Of a DNA stretch of 64,000 nucleotides, positions 60,601 through 64,000 are shown in pieces. The notes beneath the pieces are model-generated. The model was not told where the DNA came from. It worked only from the letters and a program-made list of their open reading frames with translations, and searched no databases. The position numbers were made by a program, and so were the translations under genes. The first letter of the stretch is position 1. Each line of letters starts with the position of its first letter. The DNA comes from Balanoglossus misakiensis (Eukaryota > Animalia > Hemichordata): NCBI GenBank assembly GCA_040954595.2, contig CM082579.2:7553625-7617624 (forward strand). Reading direction: 5' to 3'.

Positions 60601-62925
60601 CTCTATCATCTTGCAACGTTAACGGCAAGTTATATTGCAAATTGAAAATTTTCAGATCCCTTTGATATAAATGACCCCTCATATAATTTTAAATCTTCAG
60701 TTCAAACCGTTAGCAGGGAATATACCCCATAAAGACAAAGGATTATTTACATGGCAACTCTAATATAAAACAACACGCATCAAACACGGGATATTAGTTT
60801 TGATACAGGTGACCGAAAACACGTTTGCTCTTTTTGGTTGCTATTGTTTGTTTTGAGACTAGACAGTAAGTATAAAATATTTTACAGAAGGAAGCAACAT
60901 TTAATATCTCCATTTCACTTAATTCTACATTTTAGGGGCGCCATTTAATTTCTCTACACTTTACATTGTACAATGCATTATTTTTTTTCAGCAAAAAAAT
61001 CTTTCTAATAATAAAATCTTAAATTATTTTGTTCATAAATTAATGTCACCAACTTTTCTCAAAATTATGACATTCCTTTTTATGAGGTACAGGAAGGAGA
61101 AGGCAGAACATGAAAATAACGGCAGCAAAAGATAACAGATAATGAGATTCACACAGCATAAAACAATGAAAAATATGTCCACCTAGTACAAAGGCTGTAC
61201 CGACGCCATTACACTGACTCAGTCATAAACATGCTGCCAGCAACATACAACATGAGTTTAATCATAAAATCTCAAACCCCCTACAAAATCTACTGGTTTT
61301 TACATTTTAAATCTGTAAAGAGATACAACCATTGTCTACAAAATAACTATTCCTCACAGCACACATCATTTATAATGGTTTTTAAACACAAGAAACACAT
61401 GACCTATTGTTTGACATCAACAACCTGTTATCATGCTGGCACTAACCTTTCCAATAGCACAACACAAATATCAGATCCCATGTTTCACATGACATGAAAT
61501 TTCTTACCATGTATAAAATGAAATTTACCGCACATCTGAAATATTTCTTTTTGCAAGAATGTGTCTACTGGTATAATTATTTTAACTGGAAAACACAGGG
61601 TTTGAGAAGTTTGACCTTGAAATCATTATGGTTGTGTTATGGTGTTGCCCGAGTCTGTACGTCAGATTTCTGCCATCTACGGATTGCACTTTCTTTTCTT
61701 GGGATCAAAGGAAACGTACAACTAATGTAATTATCAAATTCAATCTGCACGAAACATACATCACTTGCACCACCAGGTGGATAGTATCAAGTTAAATGTC
61801 TGTGAGTGACCTACCTTTGCTAGTGCAGCTTGAGCCTGTGAGACAGAGAGGCCAGGGTGACCTGCTAAACCACTTGGCTGAGTCTGTTGGGGGATTGCAT
61901 TTCCTAAAGCATTATTTCCAGGCATCATTGCAGGAGAACTAACCACAGTGTTCCATGTCATAGTAGTATTACTTGACGATAAAGAAAATGGTCCGTTCAT
62001 TAAAGGTTTATTGGCTTGTCCAGCAGCACCACTGCCCTGCAGCAGATGCGATGTACTTGGAGAGTTCATAGAGTTTGTCATTGCTATAGTACTTGTAGTT
62101 GCTATACTCGTACTGGTATCATTGCTCATGCTCATAGCAGTTGAATTCGGAGTCTGTCGTCCTGCAGATGCGTTCCCAACGGAGTTTGGGGGTGACTGAA
62201 GATTGTTTGCCACGGGGCTTTGCACATTCACATTGTTTATGTTTCCCATGTTCGGGCTAAGTTGCATTTGATTCTGGGTTTGATTTTGCTGGTTCGGACT
62301 TGCATTAGCATTAGCCGATACATTAGAAGTAGTCCTCGGCGGTGATGATAAAAGCTGTGAAAGTTGTTGGTTCTTTTGAATTGTATCCGACGGGCGATCA
62401 GACCCCGCATTTGCGCTTGCCGTGGAGCTACCTGTGCCATTACTCAGGTTGTTTACCGTACCACCGCCTGTCATTGACTGCAATTCGTCGGGAAGTTCTC
62501 CTTCCAAACTTAGTAATTTACCGAAAAATTCTGCAAAGGGAAAAGAAACGGAATATACTAAATCTGTGATGGCAAATTTCACTTCGGGGCATTTTAATAC
62601 AATATTCGCCCTCTTCTGTCCTTGGTGAAAAAAAAAGTCGCACCGGGCGGCGAAAGCATCCCAAACGCACGTAGCATATACGCTATGTAGTATAATAACA
62701 TGACGCTATACCGTCCGTGTCAATTTCTTATTTTTTTTAAATTGTTTTCACCGTCATAGACACGCACATTGCAATCGACATACTAGACAGTCATCGAAAA
62801 TTAAATAAGGATAATATTAGGTACAATCTAGGGAAATACTCACCTGCATTATCACTCGGAGTAGTGGCTGGAGAAGCAAGCTTCTGTCGCTTGCTCGGCG
62901 GCCCCTCTACTATTTGGTCTGCCAT
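45659..62925 (-). CDS. CREBBP: CREB-binding protein / p300 histone acetyltransferase (about 2308 aa, 27 exons)
   Basis: Exons 62925-62844, 62530-61815, 59834-59610, 59473-59200, 58624-58499, 58219-58064, 57921-57714, 57346-57229, 57073-56935, 56801-56674, 55905-55744, 55605-54975, 54852-54734, 54406-54167, 53995-53907, 52710(or 52740)-52630, 52060-52004, 51770-51693, 50670-50603, 50321-50174, 49961-49815, 49637-49524, 49336-49171, 48926-48753, 48536-48381, 48159-47884, 47707-45659. Domains TAZ1 ([22 protein letters not shown]), KIX, bromodomain, RING/PHD, HAT ([19 protein letters not shown]), ZZ, TAZ2 and NCBD ([12 protein letters not shown]). Co-ortholog of CREBBP/EP300; poly(A) signal at 45030-45025. 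Confidence 0.97.
46290..46810 (-). repeat. Coding CAG/CAA (polyQ) tracts in the CBP last exon
   Basis: Mixed ctg/ttg triplet runs on the + strand, encoding Q-rich segments. Confidence 0.9.
50955..51275. mobile_element. piggyBac-type non-autonomous element (313 bp plus TTAA TSDs) in a CBP intron
   Basis: TTAA|ccctaacgctgc ... gtagcattaggg|TTAA; TIRs match 10/12; CCC/GGG termini; the host intron is unusually long for this gene. Confidence 0.7.
55400..55600 (-). repeat. Coding polyQ/PQ-rich tracts in CBP
   Basis: Triplet repeats translating to QQQQQQQQQ...[14 protein letters not shown]. Confidence 0.9.
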
Positions 62926-63309
62926 GTTGAAAACGCACGCCCGACGAATATGATGTGAACTTGTTGATCAAAAAAACCTATGAAGGCCCTCGAAAAATCA
63001 AGTAAATCATCCTGAATAGTAAAAAAGTCATGGTATAAAATATCAACAGTCTTCTTCCTTCTCCTACATCGTCTCGGCCTTCCGATCGGTCGACTGTCCG
63101 CTCCTATGTGCTGGCACAATACAATATTACAATAACTAATAGACCTTCACCATCGACGAAATTCCATGATATTTCATCGAAAACCCAACTAACCACGCCT
63201 AAATCTTCTTCCAGAATAAAATCCGATCTCTCTATGACATCTGTTGGTGGCTTGATCGTAAAACAAAGAAAGAATACGAGGAGAAAGAACGATTTTTTCC
63301 TGGGTGAAA

Positions 63310-63560
63310 ATGGTCAAAATGGCGGCTGTTTGGCGAAACTTTTCTACGCTTGTCAGAAAACCAACAAGAAAAGCCACCGGAAAAACCCGACTCCGAAAAA
63401 TAATTTATTCATACTTTTCTCCTTATAATATGATCACATGATCTCGACCGGCGTCACTGATTGGACAAGGGCATATTTATTCACGTGAGAAAGACCTGTT
63501 ATTACATGCCGGAGTGCTTCGGGAAGGTTCGGAATGAATCGGCTATAAATAAATCTAGGA
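63310..63560 (-). promoter_or_regulatory. CBP promoter / 5' UTR region
   Basis: YY1-type gccgccatttt (minus strand, about 63317-63327); CRE-like half site gcgtcac at about 63451; CCAAT (gattgg) at about 63459; E-box tcacgtga 63481-63488; CpG-enriched. Confidence 0.6.
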
Positions 63561-64000
63561 ATGCTGGGTAATAATTTTTAAATACCCAATGGCCCTAGCG
63601 GCAGGCATGAATCAGCTGACCCCTTATTGAGCAAGTAACTTACAAGAGCGTCAACCATTTTGAGAAAAATCGTTTTTTGCCAATTATTCAATTTTAATAG
63701 AAATTTTCGAAAATTCAACCACGACAATTTCCTTAGATTGTTCACCGCGTCCTTAATTAGTACCAAAGCAACGTTAAGCAAGTCTAAATACGAAGTATGA
63801 TCATCTTCCTTTAAAATTTAAATCTGCAGAAAACCTCCGAATTTATGACGCAATATTCAATACCATCGGCGTTTACTTTCCAAAAGACACTAATATTTGT
63901 TGTCTGTACGCTTGTTTATTGCCTAGCTTATCAAAATACACCAATATCTGGCGTTTTATTTTCAAAGTCACGAACGGGGTCAGAAGTAGGTCATTTCCTG

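Noticed and set aside
63578-63900. Possible hAT transposase remnant
   Set aside because: Only a vague helical resemblance, no catalytic motif or TIR, and truncated by the window edge.

Overview
A gene-dense, AT-rich, intron-rich eukaryotic (metazoan) region. It is most likely from an invertebrate deuterostome such as a hemichordate; this is inferred from vertebrate-like exon structures with short introns. I built spliced models by hand, checking splice phase at every junction, for seven protein-coding genes: PDZD11 (-), RPS3A (+), PDS5 (+), UBE2K (-), PRPS1 (+), an unannotated 121-aa secreted Cys-rich/EGF protein (-, 36685-37937) and CBP/p300 (-). PDZD11/RPS3A and UBE2K/PRPS1 are head-to-head pairs, and PDS5/UBE2K are tail-to-tail as in human. 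The top candidate novelty is the small secreted protein, which is absent from the ORF track: signal peptide + CRIM1-like 6-Cys module + EGF domain with an O-glucosylation consensus + 2-Cys tail. Other leads are structured snoRNA-like RNAs in all five RPS3A introns, a PDS5 exon-end duplication that creates a competing stop-introducing donor, cryptic exons downstream of the UBE2K stop, regulated-looking CBP splicing, CTCF-like motifs at gene boundaries and several MITEs. No database searches were run, so family calls rest on recognised motifs.
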